DNA of 62,442 nt, the filler included, from Circinaria calcarea (Eukaryota), in assembly GCA_051942165.1 (NCBI GenBank). It is 20 parts of 20 records of this genome, joined end to end, with 100 filler letters (N's around TTAATTAATTAA, not from the genome) between each part and the next. Parts side by side here need not be neighbours in the genome. Positions count along the whole stretch, not along the records: positions 25,099 to 28,130 come from JAVECS010003087.1; positions 28,231 to 31,258 come from JAVECS010003088.1; positions 31,359 to 34,383 come from JAVECS010003089.1; positions 34,484 to 37,507 come from JAVECS010003090.1; 16 more parts are not named here. One strand, 5' to 3'. The translations under genes and the position numbers were made by a program. Shown in pieces: positions 25,509-37,607 of this stretch (the stretch's first letter is position 1; every line of letters begins with the position of its first letter). Below the pieces are notes generated by a model. The model was not told the origin of the DNA. It did no database searches and saw only the letters and a list, made by a program, of their open reading frames with translations.

Positions 25509-27050
25509 TCAGGCAGCCGGAACCGTCGTACCCTTTATAATGCAACACGGGAAGTGCTCGAGATACCGCACACCAATGAGAAAGCTTCCTTCCACGAAAT
25601 CGGGTCCTTTCCTTGAAAATGCCTTCCAATCACGAGGGCCCTCCAAGATCTTAAAGCCAAGTATCTCCAAGATAACATGAAGCTCGATTGGTTCTTCCTC
25701 GGGGCTAAGACCCAGCCAACTTAGGTCAAAGGTAATGCGGTTGAGCTTTGGAAAGTAATCTAGGAAATCTGTCAAAAGGCTATGAATCTCTCTTTGGAGA
25801 CTCTTTGACTCTCCTTTTGAAGGACGCATCCTGAACTTAACGATTTCGATAGCCGGTGGCAAAAACCCCCCCAAGGTGGATAGGTAGTTGCTGCTATTGT
25901 AAAGCTCGCAAAAGTCAAGAGCAACGTCTCTCAGGGCCGGGAATAGTCGTAAAGAACCGATGGAGCCATTGGGCCTGTTCAATCCCGTGATGTGCAGTTT
26001 CTTAAGGCTGTGTCTGGCATGCTTAAAGAGCGCTTCGCGCATGTCCCTGGGAGTACATGTTTCCCATCTACTTGTCTCCGTCCATTCGTAGACGAATGCT
26101 TCAAGAGCCTTCACACCATAGAGGAATGATGAGAGGCAACACGGCTTGAACTGACTGTTATCAAAGGAGATTTCCGTCACGTTGGAACCATGTGGGTAGG
26201 ATTTCCATTCACGTATGTTGAGTTTGGTACAGCTTTGTGCCTCGAAATCGTGGATATGATCTATTCTAAGATGTGTATCGCTAGAAACGTGTTGCTGGTC
26301 TTCATCTTCGCTCTCGTCCAGTACTCCATTTGTCAATTTGATGGACTGTAGTGAGGGAATGGCTGCCATTGCATTAAGCAAATTAAACTGTCTGTATTCA
26401 TCACTGTCCTCCAGGTTTATATCAAGATAGGCTAGTTTGGAGAAGGGCTGCACTGCAATCGAGTGACCGTTGTTAACACCTCGATGGTAGTAAATACTGT
26501 CGATTATGTCCACGATATATCTAGTGTTCTAGGCGCCTCTGGAGCAAAGGTGATGTAGATTAGGCAGGAGCGACAATATGATTCCAAGCATAGGACCTTC
26601 ATTACCCACCATCATCTCTCTTTGCCATATGGTATTCCTCCGTTCGGGGATCTGCCGACATTCATCTATCACTGGCTCCATTTCGATCATCTGGGCTTTT
26701 AGACGTTCGATCTCATCCTCTGTTTCGTCCCAATGCGGCCACACATCCTTGTAACAGTCGATGCTTAGTCTTTTTATGTGTTTCGCAATTCGAGCATCAT
26801 TCAACACATCATCCAGCATCTGAACTGGGTTTTTGTAAATGCGGCGGCCTTCTCCATGGTCATATTCATCGAGATGGCCAACGAGAACCTTCCCATAAGT
26901 ATCACAGAGCTTACGATGCTCTTCCAATCGTAGTTTGGCGAAGGAGGAAAGGGCTTTGCAACACGTTGCGAAATTGTAGAAATCATCGGGCATGTCGAGC
27001 TCGTCCATAACATACTTGAGAAGCTCATTGGGAAGATTGAGGAGAGGCAT
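25509..27050 (-). pseudogene. F-box/LRR-like protein gene interrupted by one in-frame TAG
   Basis: N-terminal F-box-like LLNLPNELLKYVMDEL. ORFs 26529-27050 and 25509-26513 share a frame and are separated only by TAG at 26529-26531 (LLPNLHHLCSRGA*NTRYIVD). The C-terminal part has IGSLRLFPALRDV and LPPAIE. Confidence 0.65.
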
Positions 27051-27370
27051 GATGGTACTGCTGCTTTAGCTTTCTGATTAGTGAGACGTCTCTGTTATCA
27101 TCCTATACATTCTGCACCTACTGGTGATCAAGGGAATGATTTAAATCGACTTTGTAGAGTGTCGACTCGCACGAGTGGTAAAATATATTTACATCTGGAC
27201 CACGGATTAATTTTACGCGTAAAGTAATAATCCCTGTCAAATCGCGCGTAGTATTAGCGTTAGAAGCGAATCTACCCAATTTATTCAATCCAAGCTCAAC
27301 TGGCTGGTCGTGTAATCCCCAGCCAACTCAGTTAATCTTCCCTGCCCGGCCTACAGGAATTTCTGAAAAG

Positions 27371-27390
27371 AAAAAAAAAACCGAAAAAAA
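27371..27390 (-). terminator. RNA polymerase III oligo(dT) terminator of the tRNA-Lys gene
   Basis: T7 and T10 runs on the minus strand, beginning about 12 nt downstream of the discriminator base. Confidence 0.75.
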
Positions 27391-27401
27391 GTTCTTTTGT
27401 T

Positions 27402-27543
27402 CGCCCGAGGAGGGGCTCGAACCCTATCGAATGTTAACTTTGGAAATTTGAAATGAAAAGGAAGTGATTATGACTAACCTCAACCTTGAGATTTGCTCTT
27501 TTTGTTAAAAGTCTCACGCGCTAGCCAATTGTGCCACCCGGGC
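27402..27543 (-). tRNA. tRNA-Lys(UUU) with two introns (canonical 37/38 plus a GT-AG intron in the T-stem)
   Basis: Spliced sequence: GCCCGGG TG GCAC AATTGGCTA GCGC G TGAGA CT TTT AA TCTCA AGGTT GAGGG TTCGAGC CCCTC CTCGGGC G. Acceptor, anticodon and T stems all pair; discriminator G73. Anticodon at 27507-27509; introns at 27493-27505 (13 nt) and 27424-27478 (55 nt). Confidence 0.92.
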
Positions 27544-28280
27544 TTTGAATAATTTCTTTATTTAAATAAATATTGTTCAATATGGAAAAGGCTCCCAATT
27601 ACAAAATCAAACCCGTTACTGGACCCAGGTGCTGAAGATGGCGGATTTGCTAATCTACAGCGATCCTAAGCTTCAACAATCTTCTTTACATTTACAGTGG
27701 CGGGAATGCTTTTGTTCTTTTGCAACGGACAATGGACGTGGCTTTCATGGGGCCATTTTCCGTTTAGAGTAAGCTATGTATGATCCGGTGACATTGGGCA
27801 TCCAAAAACAACGAAGTCTGGAAGAAGGGAATCGACACCATAATAGCATCGATTTGCAGGGCACCATGTTTAATTATCTTGCAGTGTCCTGGCGATTCAA
27901 CAGCACAAGTTGACCGGACTCCCTGCCTACACGGGGGATCGTGGAGAAAACCACTCTACTGTGATCATGAATCGCACACAGCCATTTCCACATACCAAGC
28001 ATGCCAGTACCAGAGTCAGTTACAGATCACAAGCAGCACCAGAAGGTATCCTATCTCACACACCCCCTCATGCACGCTTGTTATGTAGCTTTCTTTTCTA
28101 CAGAGATTTATTCATAGCCTGCCTGCCTGCNNNNNNNNNNNNNNNNNNNNNNNNNNNNNNNNNNNNNNNNNNNNTTAATTAATTAANNNNNNNNNNNNNN
28201 NNNNNNNNNNNNNNNNNNNNNNNNNNNNNNCCCCAGAGCGGGACGAATTTGATCAACCAGTACGAGATGAATGCTGAGGC

Positions 28281-28776
28281 CTTCGCCTCAGCATTCATCT
28301 CGTACTGGTTGATCAAATTCGTCCCGCTCTGGGGCCTCTGTCTCATCGCTACTTCCATCACTTACCTCGGCCCGCTCGTCTACATTAGCAACAAAGATCT
28401 CATTGATCACCACCTCACCAATCTCTCCAATATTATCAACTCCCAGGCTACACAAGTCAAGGATCTTGCGGGTCATCATACCGCCCGTGCAACCGAGACT
28501 GTCAAGGCATATGCTGGAGACTACAGTGCCAAGGCACAGGAATACATTGGCAGCGCTCGTGGCCGTTCCACTTCTCCCGAGGTTACTGGTAAATCTTCTC
28601 CCAGTACTCCCATGAAGTCGAATACCCCGATGAAGTCAGGGCCTGGGTCGCCACCTTCTTATAGCTCATCGGACTTCCCACATGCGCCGAAGCAGGAACC
28701 CACTCCAGGTGTGACATCTCATCAAGAGCAGTACGAGAACTCCCAGTTTGGTGGACAGGCTGAAGCATCCTACTAA
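28281..28776 (+). CDS. Reticulon-like protein (Rtn1/Cwl1), 5' partial
   Basis: Hydrophobic AFASAFISYWLIKFVPLWGLCLIATSITYLGPLVYISNKDLID followed by an amphipathic and Pro/Ser-rich tail. Confidence 0.8.
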
Positions 28777-31700
28777 ATGCCGAATTTGTCGACAATCGCT
28801 TGAGATCTAAAGAATGAGAGAGCAAGGAGGCGTTGACGTTGAGTCTGCGACAAGGGTAGGGAGATTGCAAAAAGTTTGGTGCAGGAGCAAGTCGTCTGGC
28901 GGATAAATGGGGTCGATGGTACGATAATATGATGAAGGGCCTTGAAACGTCGTCGACATTGCAGAGGAGGTAGCGAACCCAACTTCATGTAGTTTACTCC
29001 TTTCGTATCAGCTGTTGCATGCTTGGTAGGGAAACATGCAATCTTTTCATTCGAGCGGGTAATCATTTGATGTGAAGCTTCTCGTAACTGCAAGTGGATG
29101 GATGACAGCACTGTGTTCTACAAGTACTACTTCCTAATCTTCATCCGGATCATACAAGTCCAGCCCTCCAAAGACCACCGGCTTCTCTTCCCTCTCCCTC
29201 TCCCTCTCCCTCTCCCTCTCCTTCCCGCTCTTCTTATCCACAGTACTGCTTTTCCACCCTCAACGCAACCAAGCGGAATACAGTACCAACCTAGCCTATT
29301 CAATGCCTTCACAATCCCAACGACTAGAAGATGCCGAGATAGCGGCCACGAAGCTCCTCGGCACGTTAGTTGAATTAAAACCGATAAACCGAGCCTAGCT
29401 TAGCATGGACGGAGAGGAGACGGATGGTGAAGAGATGGCTGCGAAGCCCAAGATCGTGCAGGAGAAAAGCGTGAGGGTCAAGGAAACTAATGGAGCCAAA
29501 TGGGGCTACCCGGAAGGAAGGAGAGTGCTGCTAGCTAAAGTCCCCAGACGAGTTGACGAATCAGGATTGCAGATAGGGGGAGTACGCAAGGGGAAAAGGG
29601 AGTCACAAGGAAAGCGGCAAGGCGGAAAAGGACAAAGGACAGGATGGGAATGATGGCAGAGAAAGGGAGGTCGTTTGGGTCTCAAAGCGCCAGTGGCGTA
29701 ATATACCTTACTTTTTGCCGGTATCATTAGAATCATTTCTTATTCCGGTTATCGCACCGATGCCAGGGTTCCTGCTAGTAACAGTATTCCGGAGGATCTG
29801 GGCTTTCGCCTATTTGGACCTCCAAACTGGGCAGAGGTCGCTCTTCTAAATGTGAAGTTGGGCGGGCGTCGCTGCTATTATGGTATAGGGTAGGCTGAGC
29901 GGGCGAACACAAGCATAGCAAGGATCCGAGGTTGAGAAGGGGTAATAGGGCCAAGGGCAAAATGGCAAGGGTAGGGGCGGAGCTTAGTGGACGGCTCGGT
30001 TAGTAGCTTGAGTGGGTGTTTACGAACGTTCAGTGAGATGGCATGTTGGAGGGTCAAGAAGGTGGTATTTCACGCTCGGATAGCTAATGTGAAACCTTAC
30101 TATACTTTGAAGCTGCTAGCTACTCCAAGTTGGGCGGAGCTATTCGAGGTACTGCAACAACTTGAACTTCCCTTTCTTCGATTCCAAGCATAGATGAGTA
30201 TGTTGAATACTTGAGCTCGCAAAAAGTGGCTCTGGGTATTTTGTCTCGGGTTGTTCCAAAGCGAAGCATTTAAGCTTCTTTCTCAGATCTCTCCTAGCTA
30301 AATCAACATTTGAAAATGAAACTTGGAGAAAACGAACTCATAGCCCGCTTGGTGTGGTGAGAGAAAAGCGGCTCCTCGTAATCTTCATACATCTCCCAGG
30401 CCGATACTTTCCTGTGAAGAAATCAACTTCCTTTAGGTCCAACCCTAGGTTATAGAGTTTCTGTCGCGTGTGGTTGTTAGCTGTCAATGTTAAGTTCGGT
30501 GTCTGCTGATTCTTACAAATTGCCCGTAGTAATCGCTCTTTCCAGCCCCTCCGTCTATACATCCACCTTTGCAGTAAGTCTGGTATTCAATCTTACTCTG
30601 GAAGCTGTTGTGGCAAAAAAAGAGGAGTTGTCGATGGCGTTTTGATCGAGTGGTGATGCCGGACAGTGGTCAACAATCGCTCTAAGATTGCCGTACCCGT
30701 ACCCTAGAACGAGAAACAGTGTATAAGTATCATATACTTTGTAGGGGGGAGAAGAGCACGAGAACCTTTTTGGCTCACAAGCGTCTTGCCACAGTAGTAG
30801 ACTCCTCCCTTACAAGAATAACCCGCAAGCCCACCGCTAGCCAAAGTGAGGGCTGGGAGCATAAAGTTTGACAGATGCATGTTGATTTGGGGATGGCAGG
30901 CACAATATCACTCAAGCAATTGGAATCAACAAAGGGTGGTGGGAGAAGAGAAACGTCTTGAGCCAAAGTCCCTCTCTTTATGTTGCCATCATCAACCTCC
31001 TCTGGAGATGACAAGAAGCTGTTGCAAGAGATTTGATCGGCCTTGGTCGGCCAAGTTGCCTCTCCAACCGGGCTTGTTCGTTGTGCAAGCCGTTGGCGTT
31101 ACACAATGGCGTGTAGTAGCAAACTAGATTGTAATGACCTTTTGTCATATAGAGTCTCTTGAGAAATGCGATCAAATCAAAATACTGGTGGACAAGGCTA
31201 AAGCGCGTACAGAGGCATGCATAGTCCGTAACTGCCTTCGTATACAAAAGACCTTGGCNNNNNNNNNNNNNNNNNNNNNNNNNNNNNNNNNNNNNNNNNN
31301 NNTTAATTAATTAANNNNNNNNNNNNNNNNNNNNNNNNNNNNNNNNNNNNNNNNNNNNTAGGGTTCGATGACTGTTTTGACAGTTCTCAAAGAACGTGTT
31401 TGATCCCCAGTGATATCGATTAGTTCTGATTCTAGGTGTATAATGGCCAAAAGGCCTCTTAAACATCTGTACTCAGCGAAGATGTCTGCCTTTTCGTAGA
31501 CACTCCCTCAGTTGACCAAACGATAGTGGGATGTACCTCCTCAAGCTCTGGCCACATCTCCTGGACTGTATTAGCTCGCCCAAGGGATTCCTTGGGCCAC
31601 TCAAGGGTTTCCAATAACGCAGTCGGTGCAGTGCCGCTAATCTCGCTAGATAGGGGTAAATAGGGGTTAATTGCCTCGCTCATCCGGTGTTAAGCAACCC

Positions 31701-32269
31701 AAATTTAAAAGAGGCCAGGGAGGTGAGCTAGCAGCCTTACAAGGCCATCGGTTAGGAACTCGGAGGCAGCACTTTTCTTTTTCTCGTTCTCCTACTATTC
31801 CTTCACTACTCCAAATTTGAAGTAAAGATAAATTTGGGATTGTGGGATAGGTGTGGGGGCCTAGATAAACCTAAGACTTAGCTGGGCGTCCAAACCCTCG
31901 TCTTGCTTCTCGGCCATATTCTCTGCTTTTCACCTCTGCCTCTGCGAAATTCCTTTCATCTGCCGACTCTAACATCTCTGGTGGAGTCTCTTCACGCTGT
32001 ACATCAAGGCTGTACTGTCAGTGCAGTGTAGGTTGCTTATACTGCACTGAGAGTACAGCTTATCAGTACACACAGCACCCTAAAATGTTAGTGCGCATTG
32101 CACCGACTGTACCATAAAAGGCCTTGAGGCCAGCCAGTCCATAGCAGGTCACCAGTTTGGTCCAGAGGACCATACCATAGGACGATTATCCACACTCTGC
32201 AGCCGCGCTAGTGTACAATATTCTTAGCCGCCTTGCCGTCAGAAAATTCACGCCCGGTTTTTGTTATTC

Positions 32270-34300
32270 GAGTTCAGGAGCTTATCCGTATGTCCGGCCC
32301 AAGAAAGTATTAGTATAGCTGTAATATTCCCTCTATATCGTATTCGTCCTTTATCTGGAGCTGAGGCGCTCAACAGTAAATCGTATTCTTTTGCGTAATT
32401 ATGTTTATGTTATTATCGTCTTCAGTGTTTGGTCGCTGAATTATTTCGAAGCTTTTTTTCTTAGAGATCTTTCCTCCCCAAGCTTTGGTAAAGTCTTCGA
32501 CCGCCTTGGGGGCCTTTTTTTTGGAAATAATTCCTTTCCCCTTTTAAGTAAGCCTTCGCCGCGGCGGCGTTTTTTTTATAAATATGCTCTTTCGCCTTTA
32601 TAGGATACTACGACCGAGCAGCCGCTAAATGAGAATTCATCTCAATTTTATTCATCGCAATATCGTGTTTACAAGCGTGGGGTTTGGTAACGCCATCTTT
32701 GGAAATAAGAGAATATCCGGTGCCCTCCATTTGCTTGACGTGCTGGCCGAAAACATATTTATTAAAAGCTCTGTTTGAATCAAAAGCCCTGATTTTATTG
32801 ACGATTCGGTGAAGAATCCCACGTATCCCACCTGTAAGGTGCTTACTTCAACACTATTTAGACATTGGTGTTTCTGTCTCGCCCAATTCTTGAAACAAGA
32901 TAATCTAATAAATATATAGCAGTGACCGGCTGTTTAGTCTGATAATCTTCGGATAAGAGTTAATTATTATATAACTCTCGAACGTCCTTGCTGGTAAAGA
33001 TTAGTCTTTATTTTATAAAGCTGTTTAAAATTATAGACTGTACCTGTAACTGCCTTGCGAAATCATGCTTTTGCTTCTCTCGTTCCGTTTGTTCTTTAGA
33101 TTCCGCCGTTATAGTTATCTATTTCCGGTATCCTAGGTTGTCTTGGCCATTTGACTAGCCAAAGCCCTTTAGGATTATGATCTATCTTTCTGCGTGCATG
33201 GCCTTCCGGTGCCCCCGGGACAACGCAGTAATACCTTGTAGAGAAATCCAAGCCGTTATCATGAACACATCCACGACTTCGTAAGTGTCCTTCATCCTCC
33301 TTTGTACCTAATCAACGAAATCACCCAGCAAGAGACGAGACAATGACAAAATTTCTACTCGCTCTTAGGAACCTCTCGGTGAGCGCAGCGAGCTTTCAAA
33401 TTGACTGAATGGTCTGAATAAGTGCATTAATTTGCCGACCGGATTCCGCCGGTCTGGACGCAGGTATTGAAGAGCACGGCGAAGGCGTTTTGGATGTTGT
33501 ACTGGGAGTGGTTCCCATAAATACGAGATCAGGACGCGAGGGAGAGAAGGGTAACGTACGAATGCCTGGGAACGGGCATTGAAGAGGTCTTGGAAAGATA
33601 GGGAGGAGGTCTTCGTCTGTGTAAGGTGGGGATCTGAGCTCTGCGAGGTCCCAGGATAGCGCAAAGGTTTTTCTACGCTAATTTCTAACTCCGTTGAGCT
33701 GTTTCGATGAAAAAGGACAGGACTGAGATAATATCGTCCTTGAAGAAATAGATGTGCCCCAAAGGACTTTTCCGGCAACTTTCTAGACTGTTGAGCTCAT
33801 CCTGATAAAGTAAAGATTTATTTAAAAGAGCCCCGTGCGGAGGATTCGGCCAAATTATCAAGGTCCTGCCAATCGCTAGTAATGATATTTCTGGTCGAGC
33901 CGCGTTTATGTTTAATTTCTCGGAGTCGGGCTGAAATGACCTAAAAAATCATATCGCGGGCTTCTTTAAATGTATACCGGTTTTGAAACTGCGGCAGCAG
34001 CGTCAAGCCAATTCTCCTCATATTTACTAAGCTCCCAGTTCTCTGTTGCGTTGGACCAATTATATCTAATCTGCTCGATATATTTTCCTTCACGGTAATA
34101 ATATTTGCTCGGGTAATGCTTTTGAGGGTGACATAATTAATCATAAGGTACGATCGAGCGTTAGAGTTTTTCCGGGTCTTTTAATTTGCTATTCCAAACC
34201 CGTGTAGATCTTAAGACCTAAAAATCCAAAAATCTAAAGACTCGGAAACCTGAAGATTTTGAGACCTTAAAATCCCGAGATCTAAAGTGTACAGATAGTA
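32270..34300 (-). pseudogene. Stop-riddled, RIP-like degraded coding or transposon relic of unknown family
   Basis: AT-rich and TpA-rich, with only short fragmented ORFs. No recognisable motif. Confidence 0.35.
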
Positions 34301-34483
34301 CCCGCCTTTTCCGCCGTTTGCTTTATATATTTGCGTTTTCGGACATGTGTAGGGAGATAGAGAAGTATCTCTTCAGGAGAACANNNNNNNNNNNNNNNNN
34401 NNNNNNNNNNNNNNNNNNNNNNNNNNNTTAATTAATTAANNNNNNNNNNNNNNNNNNNNNNNNNNNNNNNNNNNNNNNNNNNN

Positions 34484-35364
34484 GATCAGCAGACGGCACG
34501 ATACTGATATGGGCTGTCAGCTCACCGCCAATGTTAACGTCACCACACCAAGGTTCTCGAAGAGGCGCTGGCGGTAGTCGACGAGCAAATTCCGTTTCAT
34601 CCGGCTCGAATTTCCCTTCATCTCCACAACCAAGCACAGCCACAGGAACACCGTTTCACCACTCCCTAGTCCATCGGATAGAACGTGTCGATCGTCCTTC
34701 ACCTACTTGTATAAGCCCGCTATCCATGTCAGGCGATACCTTCGTGATCTCCTATACAGACGCCTCAGTTCTAATATATGACACACGTACAGCAGAAGAA
34801 ATTGTAGGTATGGCCAGTTTAGAAACCTACGATAACACGGCAAGCTCCGGTGTAAATGCTATCGTAGCAACGACCGTTGGTTTAGACGGCGCTCTTACCT
34901 TTGACGCCAACCGAGGGGTTTCGGAAGACGAGAGTGTTATTCACGGCGCGACTGGTTCGAGCAGTGGGATAGAGGGCATGATACTGACTGGGCACGAAGA
35001 CCGCTACATCAGATTCTTCGATGCCAACAGCGGTAAGCTGATTTTCCCCCCACATAGCTTCCTAATATTATACCACCCCACACGCTAATCTATCTGTTTA
35101 GGCCAATGCACATATAGCATGCTTGCCCATCCTTTTGCCATTTCCTCCCTCTCCCTCTCCCCAGACGGCCGTGAACTCGTCTCTGCAGGCCACGATGCCA
35201 GCCTTCGCTTCTGGTCTCTCGAAAAGCGAAGCTGTACGCAGGAGATTACGAGCCATCGGCTGATGCGTGGGGAAGGCGTCTGCGCGGTTGTGTGGAGTCA
35301 AGATGGAAGATGGGTTGTCAGTGGTGGCGGGGATGGGGTCGTCAAGGTTTTTGCAAGGTCATGA
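34484..35364 (+). CDS. Striatin (Pro11/Far8/StrA) WD40 C-terminus, 5' partial
   Basis: [43 protein letters not shown] (intron 35033-35101), [26 protein letters not shown] and [10 protein letters not shown]. Confidence 0.93.
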
Positions 35365-36772
35365 TGAACCTTTCAAAAATCCCACCTTCCATTTCGTGTT
35401 GATTATAGGGAATGGGGATTACTCTTCGTGTATAAGGAGGATTAGGGGGCTTTAATTCGGGCATTGCGGCATCGGAATCGCCCCTACTTGACTCTACTCT
35501 GCTGCGATAGATAATATCCGCGCGGGCCATCCATCCGTCCATCCATATTATGGACTCCGCTGGAGAACTCGACCGCCTTCGGTTACACGTCTCCATTCAT
35601 CATTGGACCCTGCCACCGTCCAATTTATCGTTTCTTTATGCCTGGTGTTCTTTCATCCCCCCCGCCAGCTGTTTGGTGCATCCGACGTCATTCTGTGCAG
35701 CAAAAATCAGATTTTTATACCAATAGAGCATTTACCCGGCATCGTCACATATCGCACGTTCTTGGCCGAAGAATAGGGTTTCGACCGGAGGGCCGGTGGG
35801 GTCCAATCCTCCACGACCCTGTGTAAGATAGAAGGTCTCTTTTATTTGTCATTTGCTTATTGCTCCGTTTTGCCCTTTCTTGTACGTAGTCTGGGACCCT
35901 TTTTTTTTGTTCCGGTCCTTTTCTGTTCTTCTCAGGTTGAAGGGGTGGCATTTGAAAGTTGGAGGGAGTGTGAAGCGAGGCAGGGAGGGAGAGGAAGAGG
36001 AAGAGGAAAGGAAAGGGAGGCAAGCAGATGGATAAATAAAGTTAGGCGTGGCCGGTAAGCGGAGAAGAAACTTTTTGGGAAAAGGAAAAGTGTACCTAAT
36101 GGAATGGAAAGGAAACCAAAGGGCCTACCAGACAAGCTGGGAAAAAAGCCCCGAAAGAAAGAAACTTTATATGCAATAATACCGCTTCCTTGACCAATTT
36201 CCCTGTGAGATGTGTTTATCGTCGTGAACTCGAGGCGTGGTGGAGGGAAGCCTATCTATCTACCTACCTGCCTACCTACCTAATCTATCGTATAAGAATC
36301 GGTCTTTCTTCCACCACCCCTGCCTGCCGGTATTCCTGAGAGTTTTACATACGAGCTTGGATTGGAGTAGAAGGAAAACTGGGACCTCCCGAATGAATTG
36401 ATTGGTTAGAGGGTAGGGTTAGGGTCAGGGTCAGGGTAGAAGTTTGGTTGCGATTTCGAGGGTGTATATATATATGTGTTTTTCTTCCCCGGGCTTTTCC
36501 CCCCTCCGCTCCCCTGCCCTGCGGTATCTATTAAGATCACGAAGGAAAGGGTTGAGAGTCCCCCCCTTTTTTTCTTTCTTTCTCTCGTTCCAAGGGAAAG
36601 AAGAAGCAAAAGATTGGTATGTTATCAGAAAATTCCATGATCCTTTTCTTGCTTTCTTGCTTCGTGGCTAATTTTCGTCATCGTTCTTCATCGTATCTAC
36701 AATTCTCCCGGTTTCATATTCCGTGTCCTCACCTCCCACCTTCCTCCCCCTCTTCCTCCAAAACATCCACCC

Positions 36773-37507
36773 TTACACCTTCACACCTTCCGCCTCCTCC
36801 AAAGAAGAATCCCGCTTACTCACCGTCCTCTTACCGATCAACCGGAACCCACCCACCACCATGATCAAGGCCTCGACGCCCAAAATCACAGCCAGCGTGA
36901 CCATCGCGCCGATGACGCCTGCGACAGCGCGGGAGATATCACCGGATGATGAACCAGAGAGGGAGTTCGCGGCGGGGGATCCAGGGGAGGAAGAAGAAGC
37001 AGGGCTACCGGCGCAGATGCTCATGCTGTTCCCGCACGCCTCACACCATTGCGCCTGGGAACCGATGGCGAACTCGTTCATCCCGGCCACAAAGTCCTTC
37101 CAGGAGAGGGAGTTGGACTGTTGTCCGAAAAGCGGATACGGCACCGGTTCGCTGGCGTTTGTGGTGGTGTGGTTGTGGAAGAGGAAGCGCACGCTGATAT
37201 CTTCCGGCGAGGGAAAGGGCTCCGCGGGCCCGGCGGTGAAGAGTTCAAACGTCATGCTGGAGGCATAGTCCGCAATGCCGTAGAAATCCGGATTGGTTTG
37301 CGGGAGTTTGGCGAGGCCGAAGAAGGAGAAAAAGGTGGCATAGGTACCGAATTGGAGGGTGAGTTTAGGAGCGGCGGCGGTGCCTTGGGCGTTGATGGTG
37401 GCGTTGAGGGCTTGGACGACTTGGGCAGCGAGGGTGGAGCCGGAGATGGCGCGGACGGGATCAGAGGCGTTGTAGGCGAGGTGGAATTCGTGGGTGTCGG
37501 CTAGGGT
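36773..37507 (-). CDS. Histidine acid phosphatase-family protein with C-terminal transmembrane helix, 5' partial
   Basis: Open frame from the contig edge: RAISGSTLAAQVV, KLTLQFGTYATFFSFFGL, FYGIADYASSMTFELF, VRFLFHN, WCEACG, and TM segment AVAGVIGAMVTLAVILG. Confidence 0.8.
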   Translation of the reverse strand, partial: TLADTHEFHLAYNASDPVRAISGSTLAAQVVQALNATINAQGTAAAPKLTLQFGTYATFFSFFGLAKLPQTNPDFYGIADYASSMTFELFTAGPAEPFPSPEDISVRFLFHNHTTTNASEPVPYPLFGQQSNSLSWKDFVAGMNEFAIGSQAQWCEACGNSMSICAGSPASSSSPGSPAANSLSGSSSGDISRAVAGVIGAMVTLAVILGVEALIMVVGGFRLIGKRTVSKRDSSLEEAEGVKV

Positions 37508-37607
37508 NNNNNNNNNNNNNNNNNNNNNNNNNNNNNNNNNNNNNNNNNNNNTTAATTAATTAANNNNNNNNNNNNNNNNNNNNNNNNNNNNNNNNNNNNN
37601 NNNNNNN

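Noticed and set aside
28231..28334. Perfect 50-bp inverted repeat with a 4-nt loop
   Set aside because: It starts exactly at a contig edge, and the left arm is the reverse complement of reticulon coding sequence. This is typical of a fold-back library or assembly artefact, not a biological hairpin.
36406..36440. Telomere-like TTAGGG/TCAGGG hexamers
   Set aside because: Only about five degenerate units, internal to a contig in low-complexity intergenic DNA.
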